Part shown: piece by piece, positions 48,531-61,954 of the stretch
How positions within the stretch are numbered: the first letter of the stretch is position 1
Layout of the letters: each line of letters begins with the position of its first letter
Assembly (NCBI RefSeq): GCF_018977255.1
Contig: NW_024704743.1
Span: forward strand, 103,480,001 to 103,544,000
Source of the DNA: Callorhinchus milii
Taxonomy: Eukaryota
Length of the DNA: 64,000 nt
Reading direction: 5' to 3'
Notes under the pieces: model-generated
What the model saw: only the letters and a program-made list of their open reading frames with translations
Databases searched by the model: none
Told to the model about the DNA's origin: nothing
Translations under genes and position numbers: made by a program

Positions 48531-51519
48531 TAAATAAATTGGGTCTGATTGCAGATATAATGTGGTCATTCAATCCACGACTGTTTGTGGGACACCACTA
48601 TGTGCAATTGGCTTTGCAGAGGGGAGCAATGAGCATTGAATAAGAAATATAAGTCTTTGCAGAGGGGAGCAATGAGCATTGAATAAGAAAATCCAGACCC
48701 CTATTGAGCTCAATTGACTGAACATCGAATCCAGAATCTTTCTGTCTCACATTAGGTTGATCCAGAATCTAGTTCACTAAGTTTTTACATTTTTCATACT
48801 GTTCTCCTGCTGGTTAGAGTAGTAATACTTGGAGTTACATTGTGTCAATAGATACTCACAGCCCGCCACCCTGTTCCGCAATCTAATTGCTGCAGTGCAA
48901 ATTGATTTGAACATTATTGAGAAATGGTCCTTTTGCAAAGACAACAAACTTTCAGTGGACCATTTGTTAATGTTATTAAAGAGTCAGTCACAGACCATGA
49001 TTAAGATGTGATTAGCAACGGGAAAACATAAATCAGACTCCATGCTTCTCATCACTTTACAGCTTGAAATTGTATTGCTTTCCTTTCAGCAATTAACTGC
49101 GCATAAGAATCAAAACAAATTGCTTATGTTACGTAAAAGAAGCTCATATATAAGAGCATAAAATCATTCGTCACATTTTTGTGCAGAATAAAATTAATTT
49201 ACCTCAAACAAAAGCGAATAAGGTATAGAAAGCTCTAATTTGTCTCTTATCGTTTACTTTTTATAGTCTTCTCTCCATGGATTGTAAATTATTGATCAGT
49301 TTGTCGAAAATAAACCATTTCTTTCTTGACAAGTGCAACATTAAAACATACAAACTAAACCTGGGTGTAATGACATGTTGATAAAGTAGCACAATGCATC
49401 ATTATTTTTTTCGCACTAAATTGGACAATGTGGTCACAAGAAAATCGATATTTTATCTTCCTGATCAATAATGCACTTGGAAAAGAAATGATTCTCTCTG
49501 AGGTATGAATTCAATTGACTCTCAACTTGGTTCCCTTCCTTTCTTTAACCATTAGTCTGGAGAGTCCAATCTATATACATAATTTTCCTGATAGAGCATT
49601 ACAAGATCACAACATTGGTCCAGATGAAGAAGACCCTTCAGTCTATTTGATCTCATCCTTCCAGATAAACTGCCCTACCATCTTCCTATCACAGCATTTT
49701 TTTAAAAGTGAGTCCACCATCTCAACCACCCTTCCTGTTCCAGCCATTATTTATAATTGGGGCAAAGAAATACCTTGTGGTGTTTATCCTCAAATTGCCC
49801 TCTGCATCTCTAAACGTATGTCCACTTGTACTTTTGCCTTGATGCATCTTAAAGGATTGTTCAAGGTATACTTTTTCAATTGTATTTACCATGTTCGCCC
49901 CCAAATATACAGTCAATTCACTTCACGATATATTCTGTGCAGCGCTTTCAGATGTCTTGAAGACGTAATAAAGTGCTATATCAAATGCAAGGATTATTAT
50001 GATTAGTATTTACATCTATATGTTCTCCTCTAACCATGAGCAATCTACCAGGGTCTGTGTTTCACTTTTTGAATAGTGCCATGGGATCGTTAACGTACAC
50101 CTGGACAGCCAGATAGGACCTTGGTTTAACATCTGATCCGAAGGACGGCACGATCACAAGACTGGTCTGGATAAAGAAGGCCTTTTGACCCATCAAATCT
50201 CATCCTTCCAGAACACACGCTCTACCATCCTCCCATCATTTTATCAAGATGCTGTTTAAATGAAGTCATTGGCCTCTACTACCTTTGCTGCTATCCAATA
50301 ATGAAGCACTGCATTAGCATTGTTTTGGAGTGTCAGCCTAGGCTGTGAGTTCAAAGTCCAACCTGGGTCTTGAACATACAAGCTTCTTCTGACTCAGAGT
50401 GCTACCCACTAAGCCAGGCTAACATCAGCCTATCCAATTCTACTACACTCAAAAGCAAATTGTTGGCATTGGGGCCAGTGTTTCAGGACAAGGATTCCTT
50501 CAGACTACATCATGGGTCAATGACAATTTGATGTCTCAGCACAGTATACACAATATAGGGTTGAGAACTGTTATTAAGTTTATGGAAATTTATTGGACTT
50601 CTTTTTAAAATTTATGAAGGACACAGTGGTATTAAGGAACTTTGCTTTTCTTCACCCATTTAGAAAGCAATCTCTCTCAGAACATTACCTTAAACTAATG
50701 TTTATAATTAAGGGATAAAACACTTAAAAAAAAGTTTCCTGATAGCATTAATCATTATTTCACCTGATGGTAAATGTCTGAAGTATCACAAATGTTGTTA
50801 GAATGCATTATTTTACAGCCTATTTGAATCACTACTTACATCAATCATTGCAGAAGTGCTTCAGTATGTGTTTACCGCTGTCTGCTAGCAGCTAGACTCT
50901 AAGTCACACGATAGCAATCTGACTATGCCTTGTGTTGTTTTACATGTATCTGGTATTAATCGTAAAAATGATTTGTGATCCGCGAGGAGGTTATTTTCAC
51001 TGAGGCTTTCTGAAGCGTTACTTATAAACGTAGTAATCTATTGTTCAGTACAATGAGCCTCCAATTCTTTGTATCTGTTTAACCAAAATGAATAAACCAT
51101 GAATGTGCTGTTTTACACAATAAATGAACATAATTTTATAAGTGAAACATTAAAAAAATTGATGCTTTCTGACCCAGTTTTCCACTCCACATGCTGATTA
51201 CAGTACATTCAACCTGTTGCATTTCTGAGTATCAGCAGGCCAAGGAAACGTCTTTTTGCTTTGGATTGAGCTCTAAAAATACAATGATATAAAATCCTTG
51301 CATTTGATATTTGATATTGTATTTCAGCACCTTGGGATGTCTTCCCAAAGTGAAAGGCGCTATACAAATATAATTTGTTGCTGGTAATGATATTGCACCT
51401 TATCTTGTTGTTGAGATCTCAAAGTACTTTGCAGAATTTTTACTAAGAAGTGTAGTCACTGTGTATTTCGTAGGCGAATGCGGCAGCCAATTTGCACACA
51501 GCATTGTCCCAGAAATAAA

Positions 51520-51945
51520 AACAACAACTTGCACTTAAATAGTGCCCTCCATGCAGGCTAGCGTCTCAGAACTCTTGACAGTGGTAGAACCTGACTCCAA
51601 GCTGGGGTGGCGTTTGGGTGGGGGGTGGTGGCCATGAGCATGGTCGAAGAAGAAAGTTGTCAGGCAGGGCTTGAAAAAGGGAAAGGGGGCAAGGCGGAGG
51701 GATTAAGGGAGTGGCTAAAAGCGTGTTCTCCAATTGTGGGGTGGAGGGTGTGAAGGACGAGCATGAGGCCTGTGCCTGAGGAAATCAGAGAGGTAGGGAG
51801 GTGCCAGGGCGTGAATGGATTTGAACACGAGTGCGAGGATCTTGAAATCGATCCGTTCTGTGATGGGGAGCCAGTGGAGCCTGGCCAGAACTGCTGAAAT
51901 GTGGGTACAGAGTTTGGTCAGTATGCAGGCGGCAGAGTTCTGAAT
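51520..51945 (-). mobile_element. L2 3' fragment
   Basis: [24 protein letters not shown]. Confidence 0.85.
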
Positions 51946-53254
51946 GAACACAAATACAATGCAATACAAATTTACATTTATTAGTGCCTTCACTTTGGTA
52001 GGACATTCCAAGGTGCTTAATGATATTGTCTTTGCACCCAAGGCACCCAAGCTGGCTGTGAGAATCGAGGAAAGTGTTGAGGGGAAAGATGACCATTTTT
52101 TATGGAAATTTAGGAGATGTTTGTTGGAATGGATCCCATTGACCATTTTTTATGTTCAGCTGAGAGAAACTTTCTCTTTTTGAATAAGCGCACCACTACT
52201 CCGGATGAAGGGCGATGTATAAATACAAGTGCTGTTATTGTTGTTGAATAGTGCCATGGGATCATTAATATCCACCAGAACAAATTGGATCTCAATATAA
52301 TGTCCAGCTGTTCATAAGTATCAGTCTGGATTATGAACTCAACTCGCTACATGGGGCTTGAATCCATAACTTTTTGACTAAGCAGTAAGGTCCCAATTGT
52401 CTGTTCGAGTGAACATTGAAGATTCCATTGCTCTATTTGAAAAGAGAAAGGAATTTCTCCTGATATCTGATAACAATCACCCAGAAGAAAAAGAATGGTC
52501 ATTCAGTTTATGACTGCTTGGGAGAAAGTACTCCCATGCGATTTATGCATAAATTGGCAGACTTGCTCACCTACAACAAATGCATAGCCATTAGACTTTA
52601 CAGTAAATCCTGTGAAGCACTTTGAGACATTTTAGCAATGTGATGAGGAACTTGAAGGGATTATTATGATTCTTTCTGGTATTATCCTCATGAACTTATG
52701 CTGCTCCCTCTTCATAACTAATAACAACATGAAGTGTTTCTTGCCTGACAGTAAGATGACTCAGCTGGAGGAGTGTTCTGTCTTCTTTTGTGACTCAGTA
52801 CGTATAAAGTCATCTTTCATATATTTTCTCCCTAAGTTCAAGACTAAAGGTGTACAGCCCTATCCATCAAAAATGTAAAGAGGTTCAATATTTTGTCTTT
52901 CAACAAGGATGTTGCTGGAAACTTCGCTTACTTTAAGAAGAATGAGCACTCCAGGGCTTTTCGAACTGAGCCAATTCTTGATGAATCTGAACGGGTGTGT
53001 GATAAGAATTAAATTGCCTTTGCACTTTATAGTGTTTATAGTTATATGCTGGAACAGTCTTTTCCATGACACATGCTGACTTTAATTCCAGCAGAGACAA
53101 AAATATACATTGTAGTAAAGTTAGGCTCCACAACAAAACATGGCACAGTCATTTCAGCATCACACTATAATTAATGAACAATCAACACCACGCTAGCACT
53201 AAGGTATACCAAAACTTATCCTTTATTTGGAGGCTAACGTTTAGATCTTTGTTT

Positions 53255-53338
53255 TAAGTCAGCTGAGTGTCTGACACATGCAGAGACAAATCACCATACT
53301 TAAACCTTAAGACTATCCAAACCAGACTGGGAGTTTCA

Positions 53339-53373
<35 letters not shown>

Positions 53374-53965
53374 ACCTTCAAGTGGAAATTTCCTTGTATC
53401 TGGAATGGGATCTGCACTCTGTCCCTGGTTACCTAATTCCAGAGAGTATGAGATGTAGGTTGGAGGGAGCCAAGGCTTGGGGATCTGAGAGTGTGTGTGT
53501 ATCCTCTGGACTATCTAGCGCCTGTGGACATCTTTCCAACATGAAAGATGCCATATAAATGTAAATTTGTTCTTATAGTTCAGATAATGCTGGAATTTAA
53601 CTTGTTAAAACCCCACACCTTGCTGTTGAGAGCACTGTCTGGCAAGTTTCTCACTGCTTGTCCAACCAGGGCATTATCTGCAAGGGCTTTCACTTGCAGG
53701 ATTAACTAATTGGGAAATATCCCTGCTTTCAGTGACCACTTTGCCCCTCCATGTCCCCACAATGAGCCAGGCTGGCTGGGTTGTCATCAGCATTGCCCTG
53801 GAGTATTGTGGACCCAAATGGCTCAGGAACCAGACTATTATGACTGTCATCACAACTAGCAACAATCCTCCTTGGGGGAAGGTCAATGGGGTCACTTTGG
53901 AGCTGAACTGCCTCAAGGTGACATGTTTGGCAATGGAATGTTGGAATCAAGCCCATTCTCTATGT
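53255..53965 (+). repeat. Left arm and centre of an unclassified ~1.2 kb palindromic element
   Basis: Inverted homology to 55,750-56,345; central stem gtcactttggag / ctcaaggtgac at 53,891-53,922. Confidence 0.8.
53342..53370. repeat. (TA)n microsatellite
   Basis: Perfect TA run. Confidence 0.95.
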
Positions 53966-53970
53966 GGTAT

Positions 53971-55743
53971 GTAAATGTGGGTCCGCTACAGGCAGAGACG
54001 GGGGAAATTATAGTAGGGGACAAAGACATGGCAGAGTCATTAAACAAGTCATTAAACATTAAACAACACCTTAGAAGACACTGAAAAGCTACCAAGAATA
54101 GAGGGGAACCAAGAAGACAATGTTAGCGAGCAACTTGGGGAAATTAATATTAGTAAAGAAATGGTTTTAGGTAAATTGTCAGGTCTTAAAACTGATAAAT
54201 CCCCTGGACCTGATGGCCTATATCCTAGGGTTTTGAAAGAGGTGGCTACTGAGATAGTGGATGGCTTGTTTTTGATCTTCCAAAATTCTCTGGATTCTGG
54301 AACGGTTCCCATTGATTGGAAGATTGCAAACGTAACACCACTATTTAAGAAGGGTGGGAGAGAAAAGATGAGGAACTATAGACCAGTTAGTCTGACATCA
54401 GTCGTAGGGAAAATTTTTGAGTCTTTAACTAAAGATGTCGTTATGGGATTCCTGGAAGACCATAACAAGATTAGGCAGAGTCAACATGGCTTTACAAAAG
54501 GGAAGTCATGCTTAACTAATCTTTTAGAGATTTTTTTAAGATGTATCTAGCAGGTTAGATAGGGGGGAACCAGTAGATGTAGTATATTTAGATTTTAAGA
54601 AGGCATTTGACAAAGTGCCACACAAAAGGCTATTGCAAAAGGTTAAGGCCCACGGGATTAATGAGACCATATTAGTATGGATTGAAGAGTGGCTAACAGG
54701 TAGAAAACAGAGAGTAGGGATAATCGGGTCATTCTCGAATTGGCAGGATGTGACCAGTGGAGTGCCACAAGGATCAGTGCTTGGGCCTCAGCTATTTACA
54801 ATTTACATCAATGATCTAGATGAGGACATTGAATGTAACGTATCTAAATTCGCAGATAATACTAAACTAGTTGGGAGAGTAAGCTCTGAGGATGATGCAA
54901 AAAGATTGCAACGGGATACAGAAAGGCTAGGGGAGGGGAGCGAATAGGGGAAGTTATTCACCTAGGTAGTAAAAATAGAAAAACAGATTATTTTCTAGAG
55001 GGGGAGAGATTAGATAGTGTTAGTGTTCAGAGGGATTTGGGTGTCCTTGTACACCAGTCTCAAAAAGTTAGTTTGCAGGTGCAGCAAGCAACTAAGAAGG
55101 CGTATTAGCATTCATTGCAAAAGGTTTAGAGTACAAGAGTAGGGAAGTCTTGCTGCAATTGCAGTCAATTGCCGCAATTGTATAGGATCTTGGTGAGACC
55201 ACACCTGGAGTATTGTGTGCAGTTTTAGTCTCCTTATTTAAAAAAGGACATACTTGCCCTAGGGGGGGCAGCGTATATTCACTAGGTTAGTTCCTGGGAT
55301 GAAGGGACTGACCTATGTGGATAGGCTGAATAAACTAGGGCTATATTCTCTAGAATACAGAAGAATTAGGGGAGATCTTATTGAAACATATAAGATTTTT
55401 AAAGGGCTGGATAAAGTAGACACTGAGGGACTGTTTCCCCTGGTAGGAGAATCTATAACCAGGGTTCACAGTCTTAAAATTAAGGATCAGCCTTTTAGAA
55501 CAGAGTTGAGGAAACATTTCTTCTTATGGAATTCATTACCTCAAAAGGCTGTAGATGCTCAGTCCTTGAACATCTTCAAGGCTGAGACTGATAGATTTTT
55601 TAAAAATAGAGGGATTAGGGGATATAAGGATAGGGCAGGTAATTAGAGTGAGGTCTGAAGATCAGCCATGATCTTATCGAATGGCAGGGCAGGCTCAAGG
55701 GGCCGAATGGCCTACTCCTGCTCCTAATTCTTATGTTCTTATG
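53971..55743 (+). mobile_element. CR1 LINE (family A), 5'-truncated, disrupted RT
   Basis: [48 protein letters not shown]; tail cttatgtt repeats; TSD ttctctatgt at 53,956-53,965 and 55,744-55,753. Confidence 0.96.
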
Positions 55744-55749
55744 TTCTCT

Positions 55750-56345
55750 ATGTCAGTCTCAGTAGTCCAGTTCCTGAATACCTTAGGATGTCCTCCCAAT
55801 GTGAAAGGCGCTGTACAAATGTAGTTTTGTTGTTGTTGTTGCTGAGCCAGGCAGATCCACAGTATTTCAGGGCACTGCTGATGACAGCACAGCCAGTTGA
55901 CTAATCGGCAGGACTTGGAAGGGCAAACTAGACACTGGGACAGGGACTCTTCCCACTCAGCTCCTGTCAACCCGTGATAACCAAAGCCTTAAAAGATAGG
56001 GTAGTGCTAGCCAGACAAGCAGAGGGAAAGCTTCCCAGGCAAGGCTCTCAATGACATGTTTGGTGGTTTTAGTTAGTGAGGTTCGAGCAGCACCCACTGT
56101 AATCTTGTTGCTGTTGTTGTTGTTCAGTCCCTATGCCTTGGCTCTTGCCAAGTTGCACCTAATACGTTCCAGAATTAGGTTAGCAGGATGTGTCTCTCCA
56201 GGGAGAGCATGCACATTCCATTCCAACAAACATCTCTTGAATTTCCATGTGTAGGTGTGATGCATGGAACTCTCAGTTTGGTTTGGACACTTAAGCATGG
56301 TGATGGGTTTCTGCATGTGTCAGACAGCAGACTAACCAAAACAGT
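55750..56345 (-). repeat. Right arm of the unclassified palindromic element (contains an L2 tail at ~55,780-55,841)
   Basis: Reverse complement collinear with 53,255-53,850. Confidence 0.8.
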
Positions 56346-56743
56346 CGTAGGTTGATTTGATATTGACATTCCATTACCAAGCTCCTAATCCAAAGACACC
56401 CTGCTTAGTTCCCCTCCAAGGATGACAACTTTCAGATCAAATCCTTGCTGATGTATTAGACATACAGTGTCTAATAATCATGCTTGTGTTTGATATAGTG
56501 CTTTATCATAGTATAAAGTGATGTGATTATCTGTATTTTGAACAAAACATTATGTACTGTAAGCCACAGAAATAATTTCTTATTTTTGCGCTGTGGGGCA
56601 GTTTTACTACCGGGGGCAAGAAAGCAGCAGCCAAAAATTATGAGTGCCATAAGGCCATCTGACTTCCAGCCACATCAAGCCTTCCAACGCCTGTCAACAT
56701 ATAAATTGAAACAGTGGTATGCCACATGCAAAAGGTTTTAACG

Positions 56744-57078
56744 TGGAGTCCTGTAACTTAGTGGTTAGAGCACTCACCTCGCAAGCAAGAGGACCTGGAT
56801 TCGATTCCCAGGCAGGACAAAACATTGGGCAAGTTTCTTTACTCCATACACCTCTGCTTACCTAGCAGTAAGTAGGAACCAGGTTGTTAGTCGATTAGCA
56901 GATCACTTTTCTGGGGTTAATAATCCCTTAAATAAAGAATTTGGTCACTCAATCCAGAACTGTTTGTGAGACATTGCTGTCCGCAATTGGCTGCCTTGTT
57001 TCGCCCACAAAATATATAGTCAATTCACTTTACAGTATATTCTGTGAAGCACTTTGAGGTAAGGATTATTATTATTAT
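56744..57078 (+). mobile_element. tRNA SINE, long variant
   Basis: Same head and tail as the young SINE plus an extra internal block ctctgcttacctagcagtaagta..gatcacttttctgggg. Confidence 0.88.
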
Positions 57079-57329
57079 CTATCTTTTTGTAGCTCAAGGC
57101 AGCAGACCTCAAATCTATTTTCACTTCCATGTCGTGTCCAAAACCACCTAATTCAGCATATATACTGGTTCAAATGAAAATCTTTCTTTGCTTATTTCAC
57201 TTAGTATGACCTCAATGTATTTACTTGCCAAGACATGAGGGGAAACCACTGTGACCTCTTTTAATGAGTGTATTAATTCCACGCTAACTAGTGTCTATTT
57301 AATAATATAGATCTTCAAATATCATAAAA

Positions 57330-57675
57330 ATATTTCAAAGTATTTCACACAATTTACGGTAAAATGCAATAATTGAATTGTGGCTGCAAACACCAGCAGT
57401 TAATTTCCACACAGTAAACAGTCATGAAGCGAATGACCAATTTCATCGGGGGTTGTTGATCAGGACAAAATCCCTTCTCATTTTCAAATAGTGCCATGAG
57501 ATCTTTAACGTCCACTTGAGCAGGCAAACTGAATACAGTTTAACATCTCATCTGAAAGACAGCACTTCCAACAATGCAACACTCCCCAGAACAACATTGG
57601 AGTGTCAAGTTCCTGACAAGAGACTTGAACCCATAGCCTTCTGACTCAAAAGTGATAATGTAACCAATTGAATCT
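57330..57675 (-). mobile_element. Deu-domain SINE
   Basis: aaatagtgccatgagatctttaacgtccac..tttaacatctcatctgaaagacagcac. Confidence 0.8.
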
Positions 57676-58014
57676 AGTTCTGGTTGAATTACTTTGTACT
57701 GTAATCTCTTGCCTAATGGTGTGAGGCCTTCCCAAATGTATTTAATCTATTTGACTCTTACAGCAAGCAGAGAAAGAAAACTTTCATTGTGTCAAACTTA
57801 AAGACAGAACTAAGAAGTGAAGAGGCACTGTGATGGAATTCAGTAAAAAGATATAATTATTATATACCTGAATTTTTCACTCCATTCCTTGCTTTTCTCC
57901 GAACGACATTTTAATTGATGATTTTAAAGGTTATATTGTTATTCCGGCTTGTTTCATCTTACGTATGCCATGCTTGGAATAAAGTGGTAAAATAATATAA
58001 AGTAGGCTTTGAAG

Positions 58015-58330
58015 TGGAGTCCTGTAGCTCAGTGGTTAGGGCACTCGCTTTGCAAGCGAAAGACCTGAGTTCAATTCCAGGCAGGGCGAAACCTTAGGCA
58101 AGTTTCCTTACTCCACACACCTAATAATAATCCCTCCAAAACAAAACAATAATAAATTGGTCATTTTCAATCTACGACTGTTTGTGGGACATTGCTGTGC
58201 GCAATTGGCTGCCGCACTCGCCCACATATATAGTCAATTCAATTTACAGTGTGTTCTATGAATCGCTTTAGGACGTCCTCCCGACGTGAAAAGCGCTATA
58301 TCAAATGCAAGCATTATTATTATTATTATT
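58015..58330 (+). mobile_element. Young tRNA-derived SINE, full length
   Basis: Same family as 6,411; flanking aagtg duplicated. Confidence 0.95.
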
Positions 58331-59274
58331 AAGTGAAATTTACGTTGGAGTTTTTCAGCACAAATTGGCACCAAGTTTGCAATTTAACTCATAAAGTGGC
58401 CATGATTGTTTCCAAGATGACTGTTTCTCATCTTTACCGAGACATTGACCCGATCTAAAATCTAGCCCCCTCCCCCACCCTCCTCACAATAGTTTTAGTA
58501 AATAGTATGGTGAAAAATGTAACAAATAAATTCAGTGTGATAATTATCCTATTGTATCTGTTAAAAGAGAACAGAGTTTCTCCAAATGTTTTTACAGTGT
58601 AGAGGTCATAATGAATCCCTATAGTTCCATAATGTGGATTTGGGTTTGCCATTTTCTAATGAGGAATTCTCCTCGGACATTAATTGTACATTGTTCAGAA
58701 GATTGGGTGGTATTGTAGGATAACATAACACAAACTGTGTGGTTCCCTTTGGGAACTTAATTGGAATGCAGTCCTGACTGATGACATGAATTCAAAGATC
58801 CTGCATTGATTGCGATTGACAATTTAGTACCTAGCATAAAAATACCAACTTTGAATTAGCACGAATATGGTGATTTCAGTCAGGGAGGCTAAAAGGATAG
58901 TTGATGTGGGAAGTAAAATAAATTCAAAGTGGCTCTGCAATGTATTGAGCTTGGAGGGCTTAATACTGACACTGACTGCCCCAAAGAGGAATGTTGCATT
59001 CAATAGCACTTAAATGCTTCACTTTCATGGCCGCACACATTTAGGCTTCTAAATTTATCAGTAAATAAAATGAGGTCAAAACATTTACATGGTTTACTCT
59101 TCGTTGTTTAATTACAGTATTGGTAGGATTTTTGAACTACCTGTACTTGAACAGTTTAGGTTACTAAAAAGTATATGCGATTAACTCCCAGTACATGTTA
59201 TATAATGTCAATAATACAGGCTGAGTATTTTATAGCCAAAGAAAACCCATTGAGTGTAATAGTGCAAAAAATAA

Positions 59275-59660
59275 GCTTTGCATTTGATAATGTCTTTTTT
59301 GTTGTGAGGCTGTCTTGAAGTGCTTCACAGGATTTACTGTAAAGTGTATTGACTTTATTTTTGCCCAGGGGCATCCCACAAACAGTCATGAAATGAATGA
59401 CCTATTTTATTTGGGATATTGTAAGCCAGGACACCAGCACAAACTTCCTTCCAATTTCAAATAGTGCCATGGGATCTTTAACATCTACCTGCACAGACAG
59501 GTGGGACCTCCGTTTAATGTCTCATTCAAAGGACAACACCTCCAACAATGCATTGAAGTGTCAACTCATATCATAAATTCAAAAGTCCCAACATAGGGCT
59601 TGACCCCACATCTTTCTGACTCAGAGGAAAGAGTGCTCCCAAGTGAGCCAGGCTGACACA
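59275..59660 (-). mobile_element. Deu-domain SINE, near full length
   Basis: Head through tail on the minus strand. Confidence 0.82.
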
Positions 59661-61099
59661 CACATTCACAATTGCACACAGTCCAACAACTTGGCTCCAA
59701 CCAGTGTTTTAAATAGTTCTTCTTGACCTTCAAGGATTTTATTTACCTCTTCTTCTTTATACATAAAGATTTGAAGCACTTGTATTTTTGTAGTATCTTA
59801 TCACATTAGAATATCTCAACTAATCATCTGATTTAACACAAATCATATGTTTTAATCAAATCGTAACTCATGAAATGCAGGGCGACCACGCACCTTTGTA
59901 TTCGGATGTTTGACTTCCTGGATTGTTGAAAGGTACATGATAAAAGTGTACTTTATAGGGAACAATCGCTTCATTTAACTGTGAGTGAAAATTTCCAAAT
60001 TTAGTTAAGAACCAATATACAATAAAGTTGGGTTTTGCTAGTCATATGCAAATACATGGGCACTTCCCACGTGAAAGACACTATGTAAATATAAATTGTA
60101 ATGTAAATTGTGGTAACATGAAATGGTAGATACTCTTCATTGTATAATTAACTGCTAATGAAAAGAATTACAAATAATTCTGTAATCACAAATTCGGTTC
60201 AGATGTAAAACCTTCTTTGGGCCATCTGATCTCATCCTCCAGAATACCCATTCTACTGTCTTCTCATCACAGCATCAATATTTATTTTGAATGAGTCCAG
60301 TATACTGTTTATTTTGAAGGAGTCAACCATCTTTCCTTAACCACCCTTTACGTAAAGAAATACATCTTGGTGTCTGTCCTTTGAGCATTGCATATCTAAA
60401 CATGTGCCTTCTTGTTCTACTGTCTCAGTGCATCTGAAGATATTCTTTTACATTGCTGTTGTGATTACAGTGCTTTTTAATTGCATAATTAAGATCATTT
60501 ATATGGGTTTGCACATGGTTAATCCAAGCACGTTTGTCTACGTTTTGGATTAAGTCCTATTACATTAAAAGATCACTCAATTCAAGTATGCACATTCTGA
60601 TTATTCTGTTCTCTTGTACTTTCCATGAACACTGATGATTTACCCTCTCATGTCATTTTGGACAAAGTGCTCTGTGTAATAGAGCTTGTTTAATGAACGG
60701 ATCAACTTAATCTTTCCTTCCAAACATTTTCCATACTGCTTTTTCCTCTGCATATATTTAGAGCAGCTATTTTCTACTTATTCAGTTTGGGTTCATGATT
60801 TATAATTAAGCAGTAATAGACAAGCACGAATGCTTCAGCTGGTAACTGAGAATACACTTATGTGGTCTTGTCTTTAATCAAGCTGGTGATCCTTAATTAC
60901 AACCTAGCTCTACATTCCTTTCTCTATAATTGCTCAAGATGCTTGCACAATTTTATAAACTACCTATGCTGATAAATTAAAGAAGCTGATAATAATCCTT
61001 GCATTTCATATAGTGCCTCATCACACCTCATAGCAATTCATATGATTTTTTTCTGTAAAGTATAATGACTGTATTTACAGGCAAACATGGCACATATAT

Positions 61100-61510
61100 A
61101 CTTTGTGGATGGAATAGAACTTGCTTAGGTGGTGTTGCAAGAGATCTAGGGGTGTCAGTTGATGAAGCACTGATCATGTCAAAATAATGTAAGACAGAAA
61201 TAAGCAAGACAAACAAGATGCTGGGTTTTATTGCAAAATCTGCTGAGTTCAGTTCTCCACAGGCCATTCTTTTGTCATTCAATTGTTGGTTCAAGAAATG
61301 CTCTACCTAGAACGATAGTTCAGGGAGAATTGCTATTGGCTTTTAAGTGGAAATTCTATATATATTTGAAAAGGAGAATAGAAAAGGGTAAGGTGGAAAG
61401 GATAGAATTGGACTGTGGACTGAATACGTAGCTCATTCAGAGAGTCAGCACAGGCACAAGTTACAAAATGGTCTTCCTTTATCCTGTAAATGTCATGGTC
61501 CTGTGATCCT
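61100..61510 (+). mobile_element. Old CR1 3' relic
   Basis: agagatctaggggtg..gatgctgggttttattgc; 3' UTR-like gagtcagcacaggcac. Confidence 0.55.
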
Positions 61511-61954
61511 AAGGAATGGTGGTTGGAAAATTTCAGTGGGTAGAGTGATATAAAAGATACATTTAAGCTTTAGAACCTGGGTTTGATTCCCGGCAGGGCA
61601 AAACCTTGGGCAAGTTTCCTTCCTCCACTCGCCTGATAATAATCCTTTGAGAAAAAAATAATAAAATCGGTTACTTCAATCCATGACTGTTTGTGGGACA
61701 CTACTATTTGAATTTTACAATTGTTGGCAAAATAGTTTTCTCCAGGTTCTACAGAAAACATTGGCTGTTTTGAAAAGTTTCAAGAACCCATGGCCATGTG
61801 CCATAAGCGTTATTGTTTTGGTCATTATCTGGTTCACAGAAGTTCATGACTTTGGAATGAGAATTGCCACATTTGATGTTCTTCAACTCTAGATCTAGAC
61901 TCCATCCTCAGCTCCAGGACCAACACTGTTTGGACCGACTGCACAGCCACTGAA

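Noticed and set aside
48612..48690. CRISPR-like 36-bp repeats
   Set aside because: Only two units with a 7-bp gap, no cas genes, vertebrate context
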